DNA from: Myxococcota bacterium
GTDB taxonomy: Bacteria; Myxococcota_A; SURF-8
NCBI GenBank assembly: GCA_963674735.2
Contig: CAXXQS010000002.1
Location: 96,001 to 160,000, forward strand
Direction: 5' to 3'
Length of the DNA: 64,000 nucleotides
In this document: piece by piece, positions 39,623 through 48,781 of the stretch
How positions within the stretch are numbered: the stretch's first letter is position 1
Layout: every line of letters starts with the position of its first letter
Notes under the pieces: generated by a model
The model's input: the letters and a program-made list of their open reading frames with translations, nothing else
What the model was told of the DNA's origin: nothing
Databases searched by the model: none
Position numbers and translations under genes: made by a program

Positions 39623-40585
39623 CTACCCGGCGGAAGCCGCTTCTTTGACCTCTTCGCCGAACAGCCCCATGCGCCGGACGGCCTGCCCGCAGTTGGACCC
39701 GATTTCATCCTCGCGCCCATCGCCGATGGAAATCACCACCTCGTACCCGGCCATCTGCAAAGCATCGCAGACCTCGCGCAACCGTTCGGACCGCTCGGAG
39801 CGCAGGACCGTCTGCAGACCGTTCTGGTTGCCGCGCGTGGTCGGGTTCAGCGGCGTCAGCTTGACGGCAAACGCCGCGGGGTTGAAGCGCCCGGAAATAG
39901 CCGCCACGTCGAAGTCCACCCCCTTCGCCAGGGCGAAATTCAACACCGGTTTGCGATCCCCCGATTCGTAGAAGCGTTCGCCGAAGGCCGCCACCTCATC
40001 CATGCTCCAATGGGGAAAGGGCATCAGCCGATCACGCTCGGCCTCATCGGTGGCGTTGATCGAAAACTGAAGCTGAAAGCGTCCGTGATAGCGCTCGTTT
40101 TTCAAATGGCGCAGATCTTCGAACCAGCGCATGCGTCCGCGCGGCGCCACGGTCGGCACGCAGCACCACAGGCCGCGGGCGTTTTGCAACTGAGGCAGCT
40201 CGGGCAGACGGCGCATGGCCGTCAACACCTCATCGTTGAGCGACGGCTCCCCCATGCGAGCGAAATGCACCTTCAATTTGCCGCAACGCGCCGGAAGTCC
40301 GGGATGGCGGTCGAGCACGGTCACCGCCTGGCTGAGCATTTCGGCGGCGCTGAGATTGCCGCGAAAATCCCCGCCGGCATCACAGAACACACAGCCGACC
40401 GGGCAGCCGAACTGCGTGGAAACATTGACGATCCACTTTTCGTCGCGGGGGAAACGGGTGTCGAGTCCGTCCACGAACTCCACCACGTAGCGGTCCTCGC
40501 CGCGAAAACGGCCCACGAAAATCTCCGCCACATCCGCTCGTCCCGATTGACCGAGAATTTCGACGGGGGCAATCTCGATTGACAT
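39623..40585 (-). CDS. RlmN/Cfr-like radical SAM protein
   Basis: STQFGCPVGCVFC, MGEP, SIN, GSNCGQ. Confidence 0.82.
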   Translation of the reverse strand: MSIEIAPVEILGQSGRADVAEIFVGRFRGEDRYVVEFVDGLDTRFPRDEKWIVNVSTQFGCPVGCVFCDAGGDFRGNLSAAEMLSQAVTVLDRHPGLPARCGKLKVHFARMGEPSLNDEVLTAMRRLPELPQLQNARGLWCCVPTVAPRGRMRWFEDLRHLKNERYHGRFQLQFSINATDEAERDRLMPFPHWSMDEVAAFGERFYESGDRKPVLNFALAKGVDFDVAAISGRFNPAAFAVKLTPLNPTTRGNQNGLQTVLRSERSERLREVCDALQMAGYEVVISIGDGREDEIGSNCGQAVRRMGLFGEEVKEAASAG

Positions 40586-40901
40586 GTTCGCACCTCCACG
40601 TTATCCGACCGCCTACGAGCGACGCGCCTACGGGTGGCGATCGGCAGGTGATGAAACGCAACAAGGGGGAGGGTGTGGCAAAACAGGCAGACATTTCCCA
40701 AACCTGCGACGCACACACGCCAACGCCGACGGCCGGGATGCTCCTGAATGGACCTGACATAACCGAATGCCGGAATGCTAGCACACGCCGCGTCGAGCGT
40801 CAAGAGCGGCGCGTTTATCCTATCTTTTTTCTTGCAATCACGGGAGTATCTGCTATAAAAGTTGCCTCGTACCGAGGCCGACTATGTCGGCGTGACATCT
40901 C

Positions 40902-40977
40902 GGGGGTGTAGCTCAGTTGGTAGAGCGCTTGCTTCGCATGCAAGAAGTAGGGAGTTCGAATCTCCTCACCTCCACCA
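40902..40977 (+). tRNA. tRNA-Ala(CGC)
   Basis: GGGGGTGTAGCTCAGTTGGTAGAG...CTTGC-TTCGCAT-GCAAG...GTTCGAATC...CCTCCACCA. Confidence 0.95.
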
Positions 40978-40985
40978 TTAAAATC

Positions 40986-41018
40986 AAGGACTTAGCCGTT
41001 TCGGCTGAGTCCTTTTTT
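40986..41018 (+). terminator. Intrinsic terminator downstream of tRNA-Ala
   Basis: AAGGACTTAGCCG-TTT-CGGCTGAGTCCTT-TTTT. Confidence 0.82.
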
Positions 41019-41065
41019 CGTAGGCGTTGACGAATATTGACAAACTTGCTGGCACTGTGCCTCCA

Positions 41066-42196
41066 TCAGTCGCTCGATTCGGTATCGGTAGCGTCGTCGT
41101 CGGACTGTTTTTCCTCCACCGTAAACACCGCCTCCACCTCCTGCTGAACGTATTCCGGCAACAGGTGGGTATAACGGTCGGCGGTGGTCTGGATGCGGGT
41201 ATGTCCGGCGATTTGCTGGGCTAATTTCAGGTTCTTCTTCATAACCAGATGACTGATACAGTTATGCCGCAGGCCATGCAAGGTCATGCGTTGAACGCCT
41301 GCTCGTTTGCAGGCCGTGGCCAGGGTTCTGTGTAGGTTGTTCTGAAAAATCGGGTACAACTTTTCGTGCAATTCCTTTCCTTCCAAGGCCGGTTCGATGA
41401 AAGGTATCGCTATGGATGGAAGCGGGATGAATCGGGATCGGTCGGTTTTGGTGCTTTTACCCGCATCGCATGAATTCTCCTTTCCGTACACCCGAACCCG
41501 CCCTTTGGTTACATATACTTGCCGACGTGCGAGGTCGATATCACCTATATTCAAGGCCATGATCTCCCCGCGTCGCAGCCCACAAAAAGCCGCCAAGGCA
41601 AGTCCCGGCTGGCTGAATGGAGTCGCCAGTTTAATAACCTCCATAACGGATTTTATAGGAACGATGGGATTGGGTTTTGGACGGATGGTGTGCGATGCTT
41701 TCCAGGGGGATTTCATTAAATGCCCCGCCTTTTCCGCTTGGTTGAGAAGAGTCGAAAGAAAGACCGCAACATGTTCCTTCATCGATGGTTTGTCGATGGA
41801 TTCAAGCTCGTTGGATATCCGTTCTGCGGACAGCTTGTCCATAATGAAAACTTTTAATGTGTCAGGCATCCTTTTCCAATACTGTCGGTAATTCTCGGCG
41901 GTTGTCGGTGACATTTTCGGAAAACGCTTTTCTGCCCAGTCATCGTACCATTGCTCCAATGTCATTCGTCGCATGGTGATGACTGGCAGATCGTCGAGTT
42001 CTTTTCGCATCACCAATGCCCGCTCGTAGGCCTCCTCCATGTTATGACTGATGACTTTTCGTTTAACTTTCCCATCGCGGCGATAGTCGAACTGAAACGA
42101 ACCGGGGTCAATGTATCGCAGTTTGGCAGGCCATAACTGTTTGTTCATGGCCTCCAGTCGGGCATTCTCCCTTTTTGTGAGCGGACGTTTTTCCAT
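41066..42196 (-). CDS. Tyrosine recombinase/integrase
   Basis: GLRRGEI, K, HGLRH, AGH, RYTH catalytic residues. Confidence 0.93.
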   Translation of the reverse strand: MEKRPLTKRENARLEAMNKQLWPAKLRYIDPGSFQFDYRRDGKVKRKVISHNMEEAYERALVMRKELDDLPVITMRRMTLEQWYDDWAEKRFPKMSPTTAENYRQYWKRMPDTLKVFIMDKLSAERISNELESIDKPSMKEHVAVFLSTLLNQAEKAGHLMKSPWKASHTIRPKPNPIVPIKSVMEVIKLATPFSQPGLALAAFCGLRRGEIMALNIGDIDLARRQVYVTKGRVRVYGKENSCDAGKSTKTDRSRFIPLPSIAIPFIEPALEGKELHEKLYPIFQNNLHRTLATACKRAGVQRMTLHGLRHNCISHLVMKKNLKLAQQIAGHTRIQTTADRYTHLLPEYVQQEVEAVFTVEEKQSDDDATDTESSD

Positions 42197-42218
42197 AGTT
42201 CGATGACGAAAATGATGA

Positions 42219-42467
42219 TTAGAGTGGAAGTTCTTGTTTGCCTGCTAGAACAACAGCAAGGGAATTTCGGGTTATAAACAAACGTCCGCCGATAGTTCGC
42301 ACATCAAGGTCGAGCCTCTTCGAATCACTCTGTCCCCGGCTGTATATGTCGTTCGCCCGGACAATCCCGAGGCTGGCCTCCTGCACCTGTTTCGGGGTCA
42401 ACAGCGGTGGATAGCTACTGAGCATCGCTTTCCATTCGTCATGAACTGAATCTTGAACCTGTTGCAT
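42219..42467 (-). CDS. Excisionase/RDF-like small DNA-binding protein
   Basis: ATG 42467 after AAGGAGG; YPPLLTPKQV...IY...VRTIGGRLFITR fits a MerR-like winged HTH; directly upstream of int. Confidence 0.6.
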   Translation of the reverse strand: MQQVQDSVHDEWKAMLSSYPPLLTPKQVQEASLGIVRANDIYSRGQSDSKRLDLDVRTIGGRLFITRNSLAVVLAGKQELPL

Positions 42468-42505
42468 CTCATTCCTCCTTGCCATTCCCGGCACTATCGT
42501 CACTA

Positions 42506-42534
42506 CAACAACCCAGATAAAACCGGCACTAAGC
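42506..42534 (-). promoter_or_regulatory. Motif copy 1: GCTTAG-N11-TCTGGGTTGTTG (upstream of xis-int)
   Basis: GCTTAG TGCCGGTTTTA TCTGGGTTGTTG. Confidence 0.8.
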
Positions 42535-42877
42535 TGCTTTCTTCTGGTTTTTTCGTTCGGCCACCGAATTCTCGGGAATTCATCAATCGAATTCGGCAAC
42601 CTAATGAACTCTACCCATGTCCTCGATTTTCTGATTCGAGGATTCGATGTTTTTCACGATTTTTATTGGGTGATAGGTCGTAACCCCAGTTTCAAAACCC
42701 CGGTTTCAATTTCATTCACGGTTTTAATATCCATCCGACATCCATCAAAATGGGCGATCAGGAACCGAAAGAGATTTTTATCGAGCGGTTCTGATGTGCT
42801 GACCTGAAGGCTTTCGTCCGTGATTCCGGACGGTTGACCTGGATGTTACCCCTCCTGCAAAGTTTCCAAAGTTTGCG

Positions 42878-42906
42878 GCTTAGTCAGCCAAACTTCTGGG
42901 TTGTTG
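42878..42906 (+). promoter_or_regulatory. Motif copy 2 (upstream of resolvase)
   Basis: GCTTAG TCAGCCAAACT TCTGGGTTGTTG. Confidence 0.8.
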
Positions 42907-42960
42907 AAGGGGATAACGTGCAGGTTTTCCCGCGAAACCGCAGGAGGATACCGCTGCCAG

Positions 42961-43611
42961 ATGCCGACGACGAAAAAGAATGAAAAAAAACGAGCTGGCC
43001 TGTATGGAAGGGTCTCCACAGCTAATCATGGTCAGGATGTCGGACTTCAAATCGAAGAATTGGAAACAGTTGCAGAACAAAGAGGCTGGCAGGTGGTCGG
43101 TACCTATATAGATGAAGGGGTGAGCGGTACAAAGCACGACCGGCCCGCCCTCGACCGAATGCTCACGGACGTTCGTGCCGGGAAAATCGACGTGGTGGCG
43201 GTTTGGCGGTTCGACCGGTTCGCCCGCAGTACTCAACACCTCATCCAGGCATTAGAAGAATTCGATTCACTCAATGTCGAATTTTTCAGTCTTCGAGAAC
43301 AAATCGACACATCCACCGCTATGGGTCGGGCAATGTTCACAATCGTTTCAGCTATATCTCAACTAGAACGTAGCTTAATACAGGAGCGCGTTCAGGCTGG
43401 GGTAAATCGTGCGAAAGCTAAAGGAATCCATTGTGGTCGTCCAGTCGTGGACATTGATGTCCGGCCTGCCCTCGCCATGCTTCGGGAGGGGCGACCCCTG
43501 AACGAAGTCGCCAACATTTTAGGCGTTGCCCGGAACACACTCCGACGACGGTTAATCGAGGCAGGAGAATGGCCTGTCCAAAAGCCTAACCAGGAAAAAG
43601 ACCCCGAATAA
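42961..43611 (+). CDS. Serine recombinase (resolvase/invertase) with C-terminal HTH
   Basis: YGRVST, DEGVSG, RPAL, DRFARS, ERVQAG, GRP. Confidence 0.92.
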   Translation: MPTTKKNEKKRAGLYGRVSTANHGQDVGLQIEELETVAEQRGWQVVGTYIDEGVSGTKHDRPALDRMLTDVRAGKIDVVAVWRFDRFARSTQHLIQALEEFDSLNVEFFSLREQIDTSTAMGRAMFTIVSAISQLERSLIQERVQAGVNRAKAKGIHCGRPVVDIDVRPALAMLREGRPLNEVANILGVARNTLRRRLIEAGEWPVQKPNQEKDPE

Positions 43612-44154
43612 CCCCATTTAGCTGTCCACAAGCCATGTCCATTATCAGTCAACAACCAAATGGTTTTGGACATCGTACTTTAGTACGAAGGTCGGTATCT
43701 ACGGCGGTCGGGTCGAGTACGGGGCCAGGAACCATCTATTACATAGGTAAGACCACGCATGATGCAGTGCAGGACCTCGATGAGGTTGCCTCGGTCGTGT
43801 TTCGATTGTGGAGACCTCTCGGAAACAACATGCCCCCCAAAGCATTATTTTCTGAAAATAACGACATTTCTTCCTCGACCAGCCACAAACCGTCTCAAAC
43901 CCCAGTTTCCATCACCCCTTTTTTTACGTGACAGAAGCTCATTCCGCTTTCGACGGACACCTTTCAGTCACCCCCTGCAACTGAATTTCTCCTATATGTG
44001 GTTTCTTTTTCAACGCTGATTCGACCCCCTTCCGTTTTCTGCGACGTAACCACCTCGATTACGGGTAATAGAAACAGCGGCTGTTAATGGCAGGCCAGTC
44101 GTGTCGAATCTCGGTAATCCGTCTATACGCCTGCCTTAGTGAAAGGAGAATGCC

Positions 44155-44457
44155 ATGAAACCCCAAAAATCATCCCGACGCCCCCTGGTTACTGCCCAAC
44201 AGGTCGCCGACCATATCGGCGTCCACAAAGCCACCGTCTATCGGATGGTGACTGAAGGCCTCATCCCGTGCGTTCGAGCTGGGAGGGCGATCCGGTTCGA
44301 CCTGGACAGTGTCCTGCATGCGTTGGCGCATAACGAACTGGACGTAGATGTCGCCTGTCGCATCATTGCGAATGATGACAATTTATTTGATTCGTTCATG
44401 GAGAAAGTTCTAACCGAACACGAAAATGCTGCCAAGCAGGCGCAGGAAATGGACTGA
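44155..44457 (+). CDS. HTH_17 / excisionase-family DNA-binding protein
   Basis: LVTAQQVADHIGVHKATVYRMVTEGLIPCVRAGRAIRF; AAAGGAG RBS. Confidence 0.85.
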   Translation: MKPQKSSRRPLVTAQQVADHIGVHKATVYRMVTEGLIPCVRAGRAIRFDLDSVLHALAHNELDVDVACRIIANDDNLFDSFMEKVLTEHENAAKQAQEMD

Positions 44458-44525
44458 ATCGGAACCCAAAAAGAATGCCCCCAGGCTCTACGAAAGCCTG
44501 GGGACATTAAAGAAAGGATGCACCA

Positions 44526-45890
44526 ATGTCTTTGTCTATTATTATACCCGGGAAATCGGGGAATCCTTCTGAAAAATCACGGTTGGCGTCAGGGTGTTGG
44601 GTTGAGTTGTCCCGTGCGTCAGCATCAACCAGGATGCCGGTCGATTTAACCCAAACCACCCTACCGGATGCGATGCTGGATTACGTTCACAAACACCCGG
44701 TCCGTCCCATTATTGTTGGCGAGGATGAGGATGTCCGGCAGGTTCACCCCGATCCGTATACCGACCTGTGCCGCACCCATTATCAGGCCGACGACAGCAC
44801 GTTGAAACATGCCGTCCGGTACCTTGAGCCAATCATCGACCTGGACTTCGATTCCGGCAAAAATCGGACTGAAAACTTCGAGGCCGCCGCCGATGCCGTT
44901 CGGAAATTGATGGCAGTGTTCGATGAACATCATGTACCGTACCGGGTGTATTTCTCCGGTAGCAAAGGGTTTCACGTTACTCTACCGGGCGTTACGTTCT
45001 GGCCTTACAACCATGAAAACCGACGGTTGGAATACGTCGAACGTGGCAACCACATCCTCAGGCGGATGGTTCGGGCAATCTGCAATGAGGCTGGAGTCCC
45101 GGAAAGCAACCGCAACACCAAAGGCAATGCTGGATGGGACGCCAGCCTGTACGATCTTCGGCGTATGGTGCGGCTTCCAGGTGTGCCACACTCGAAAAGC
45201 ATCATCGTCAGCCAGGAAATCCTCAGTCGGACGGCCACCATTTATAAGACCTGGTTGCCAACAAGCTGGGCAACGTGGTCGATCCGGGAGGTCGTCGAAT
45301 GGTCTACCGTAGTACGCCCTGTACCAGCATGGACCGACATATCCAGAAACAAATGGTTGGAGGAATTATGGGAACGGGCAGTGATTGCCAATGATGCTGA
45401 TGCCAATGACGAACCCGTCATTTATAAACCAGCCCTGATGAAGACCATGACGCCGTCCGCGCCCCACGCCGTAGCCGATTTAAGGGGCTATCCACCCTGC
45501 ATTACGAGCATTCGACAGGGTGACATCACGGTAATGGGATTGAGAAACCGGATCGGCATTGCGGTGTGTTCGTTTCACGCATCCACGGGGGAGACGGTCG
45601 AGGATGCCATTGCCACGATGCGATGCGTTCCCAGTCGCAGCCGGGACTTGGCTGCGGAGACCCGGTCACAATGGAATTCCATCACGACCAAGGCCGGGAA
45701 GCCGAAGGAGAATTACCGGTTCAGCAACCGGTCGTGCCGGACATTCCGGGGGGCGGGTGCGACCTGCACCGACAAGTGTCCCCTGCACACTGAGTTTATC
45801 AAGGGGGAGAAGACATCTAAAAGGAACGTTCCGTATACAAAACCCTTCGATTGGGGTACGGACGACGACACCGATCTGGGGGATGTCTGA
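44526..45890 (+). CDS. Archaeo-eukaryotic primase-polymerase with PriL-CTD-like C-terminus
   Basis: IDLDFD (motif I), YFSGSKGFH (motif II), DASLYDLRRMVRLPG (motif III); C-terminal PPCI...SC...C...CP. Confidence 0.8.
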   Translation: MSLSIIIPGKSGNPSEKSRLASGCWVELSRASASTRMPVDLTQTTLPDAMLDYVHKHPVRPIIVGEDEDVRQVHPDPYTDLCRTHYQADDSTLKHAVRYLEPIIDLDFDSGKNRTENFEAAADAVRKLMAVFDEHHVPYRVYFSGSKGFHVTLPGVTFWPYNHENRRLEYVERGNHILRRMVRAICNEAGVPESNRNTKGNAGWDASLYDLRRMVRLPGVPHSKSIIVSQEILSRTATIYKTWLPTSWATWSIREVVEWSTVVRPVPAWTDISRNKWLEELWERAVIANDADANDEPVIYKPALMKTMTPSAPHAVADLRGYPPCITSIRQGDITVMGLRNRIGIAVCSFHASTGETVEDAIATMRCVPSRSRDLAAETRSQWNSITTKAGKPKENYRFSNRSCRTFRGAGATCTDKCPLHTEFIKGEKTSKRNVPYTKPFDWGTDDDTDLGDV

Positions 45891-48325
45891 TGGGAATCAT
45901 CTACCGACACGTGTCCTCAGGCACCAAGGACGAACTGCTTTTACTGCCACCGGGGGCCGGAAAAACGTGGAGCTCTGTCCATGCGTTGGTTGCTAAAACC
46001 ACCACCCATGAACGAACGCTTTATGCCGGTGTTTCCCGCGACCTGTGTGAACAAGCTGCGAGGTGGGCGAACAAAAACGGCAACATCATGTCGGAAAAAC
46101 TACCCCGGACGGACAAGAACTGCCGGTGTGCGGGTGACGCCAATGCCCTGTCCGGCAAAAGCTGGTCGGCGGTGGAGTACGTGTGTAAAGGATGTGATAA
46201 CTTCGAGCCGGGCAAGCCTATCGAGTCCAGGTGTGAATGGTGGCGGCAGTGGGACGATCCCGACCATCTGACATGGGCTGTGACCCATCACCACCTGCCG
46301 TCGCAGCTGCCGTTCCGTTACCATAAACCGACTACTTTGGTATTGGACGAGGGAACTGTAGCGGCTTGTCTTGGATGGGCGGGCGGATGCGAGGACGGGT
46401 TCACGGACTTGGATTTGGAAAACCTTGCCCATTCGTTGCCCATCACCGACCCCGGCATCCATAGCTTTACGCTGGGGGATGTCCTGCCCGGTTCCGCCGC
46501 ACGGTTACTGATGCACCTTGCCGGGCGATTGCGGCAATGGGAAAAATCCGGGTCGGCTATGCTGAAGATGTTCCAGCGACTTCAACAAAACCATCACGGA
46601 AAAAACGTCATCGGCCCCGAAGCGGCTGGGTTCCTGCTCGGTCACGATACCGGAACGTCACTGGATAAAACGACGCTGACATTGTTGGAGGCCTTGCTAC
46701 ATGAACGCAGGGAGAACCTTCGAGTAGCTTCCACCATGCCCCGGAACAAACGGCACATCATCCGACCATTACCGGAACCGTCCACGTTCGATGAGGGACC
46801 GATCCCGCCGAACGTCCTGCAACCTCTGGTGAATGCCCTGGCCGCAGCCCGGAAATCCGTCGAACGACATGACGGGAAAGCCGGTGCGGTGCCCATGGCT
46901 CTCGATTTTCACGAGCCGGAGAAACTCAACCCTTTCTTCGCCGTTCGCATCCGAACCTTCACACCTCTAAATGTCCCGAAAAACTGCCGTATCGTGGCTT
47001 TGGACGCCACCGGCAACAAAGAACTGTTCGAGAAATGCGTCGGCAGGCCAGTCGAGGTCATCCGACTGAACGTGCCATTCAAAGGCACGGTCACTCAGGC
47101 TACGGATATGCGGTTGCCGATGGCCACGCTGACCAATGACAAAGGCACCGTGAACCGCTGGGTCGCCAACATCAAACCATACCTGATACGCCTTCAAGAA
47201 ATGCACGGAAAAGTCCTCGTCGTGACTTTCAAACGCCTGGCATTACGGCTTAAATCGGAACTGAAAGCCTGCAAGGGAATGGAATTTCGGTGGTTTTTCG
47301 GTGTCCGAGGTGAAGATTTCTCCGATTATCCCGTCCAGGTGACGATTGGATTCCCGATGTCTCCTCCCGATATGACCTACCTTGACGCCGCAGCCATGTG
47401 CCAGGGTGAGGACGTCGACACGACCTGGGAAAAACAGTGGCGGCCCTACCGGGTCGTCGGGCATGAAAACGACACTGAATCACCCGGTGTCGAGGTGATG
47501 GTGCCGGTCGATCCCCGCCTTAGATCGGTCTACGAGCTGTCCAGTGACCATGAATTCTACCAAGTTGCCTGTTCCAGGAACCGCATCCTTCGATTCAACC
47601 ATCAGTCTGTCGTGATGTCACAAGTGCCATTCCTGCCGGAATACCGAGTGCCGGTTCAGTTGACGACCGTCCAGGAGCTTCTGAACATCGGCCGACAAGA
47701 AGCCGTCTTGTCGGATAAGGTTCATCAACTGGCCGATGCTTTCCTGAACCGTCTGGGATGGGTGTCCAAACGGTTCCTGGAGGCCATTTTGACCGAAAAA
47801 CGGGATTCCGTTGTATTATCCGATGGTTGTGAATTAGCGGCGGGTACACTTATATTATATACTATAAGCCACCCCGCCGGTAATTATTCAGAACCCCATC
47901 ATCAAAAGCTTTTCACCCAACGAGCGGCCTTACGTTCCGGGATGGGTTTTTCGAACGGACTGGAACCCAGACGGTTCCGCGAGGCTTGGGCATCCTGGGA
48001 ATCCGCAACTCGGTGGGCAGGTTCGGATGTCGCCATCAAGGTCAAGGGTAAAGTCGGAAAGCCCTTTCAAGATGTCGTCTACGGCGACTTCAACCTGTGG
48101 CTCTGGGATAATCGAGAACTAGTTTCCCACCCCTACCTGACCGTCATGATGGACGGCACCGTCGTCGATGCCAATACCGTCGACCGTCTTCGGGATGTGA
48201 CGGATGTCCCCGGCAAACGCATCGTAGTGGATGTCAGCCGGGTCCTGCCGGACGGTTCGCTGGACGACACCGTAACATTCCGGCAATTCCGGCAAAGTCC
48301 TCAACAGCTTTGGGCACTCATTTGA
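45890..48325 (+). CDS. SF2-like helicase / replication protein
   Basis: TGATG coupling to the primase; PPGAGKT Walker A, LVLDE Walker B, LDAT motif III; Cys cluster between A and B. Confidence 0.7.
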   Translation: MGIIYRHVSSGTKDELLLLPPGAGKTWSSVHALVAKTTTHERTLYAGVSRDLCEQAARWANKNGNIMSEKLPRTDKNCRCAGDANALSGKSWSAVEYVCKGCDNFEPGKPIESRCEWWRQWDDPDHLTWAVTHHHLPSQLPFRYHKPTTLVLDEGTVAACLGWAGGCEDGFTDLDLENLAHSLPITDPGIHSFTLGDVLPGSAARLLMHLAGRLRQWEKSGSAMLKMFQRLQQNHHGKNVIGPEAAGFLLGHDTGTSLDKTTLTLLEALLHERRENLRVASTMPRNKRHIIRPLPEPSTFDEGPIPPNVLQPLVNALAAARKSVERHDGKAGAVPMALDFHEPEKLNPFFAVRIRTFTPLNVPKNCRIVALDATGNKELFEKCVGRPVEVIRLNVPFKGTVTQATDMRLPMATLTNDKGTVNRWVANIKPYLIRLQEMHGKVLVVTFKRLALRLKSELKACKGMEFRWFFGVRGEDFSDYPVQVTIGFPMSPPDMTYLDAAAMCQGEDVDTTWEKQWRPYRVVGHENDTESPGVEVMVPVDPRLRSVYELSSDHEFYQVACSRNRILRFNHQSVVMSQVPFLPEYRVPVQLTTVQELLNIGRQEAVLSDKVHQLADAFLNRLGWVSKRFLEAILTEKRDSVVLSDGCELAAGTLILYTISHPAGNYSEPHHQKLFTQRAALRSGMGFSNGLEPRRFREAWASWESATRWAGSDVAIKVKGKVGKPFQDVVYGDFNLWLWDNRELVSHPYLTVMMDGTVVDANTVDRLRDVTDVPGKRIVVDVSRVLPDGSLDDTVTFRQFRQSPQQLWALI

Positions 48326-48648
48326 TGGTAGTAACCCATATAAAAATTGCCGCCGTCTTGTCCTGTCAGGGTGTTTATAGCTTTGGCTTTATCTGGATCT
48401 ACATATCCCAACAGTTGGGCTAACAAACGAGCCTCGTTTTCGGTCGGCTTCAGCATAATCATCGACAAGCTGATATAGTGCCAAGGATTATCGATGTAAC
48501 GTTTAGCAAGTATCCCCCGTCTTCCTGGCTTTCTTTCCTCTTCACACCCTTCCAAGAATGCATAAACGCAACCGAGGGCGTATGCTTGGGGGGACTTCTC
48601 GTTTAGTCGTTCATTGATTTTTAGTACCATCTTCTTTCTTGAACTCAT
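48301..48648 (-). CDS. Stand-alone Cas11c-like protein (Cas8c/Csd1 C-terminal domain)
   Basis: AYALGCVYAFLE...PG...RY..NP...TLTGQDGGNFYMGYYHQ matches the recalled Cas8c C-terminal pattern YLLGRLFAVLE...RY...P...QGxFxxGYYHQ; AAGGAGG RBS. Confidence 0.65.
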   Translation of the reverse strand: MSSRKKMVLKINERLNEKSPQAYALGCVYAFLEGCEEERKPGRRGILAKRYIDNPWHYISLSMIMLKPTENEARLLAQLLGYVDPDKAKAINTLTGQDGGNFYMGYYHQMSAQSC

Positions 48649-48781
48649 AATGACCTCCTTTGGTTTTGAGTTCGGTCCTGTTTGGAACGAAAACCATTTC
48701 CGTTCCCGTCGGTTATTACCCCGACCGTGGTTAGGTCCACGGTCATGGGGGCAATCGTTCTGATTCTTGTGGTCATGTTGG

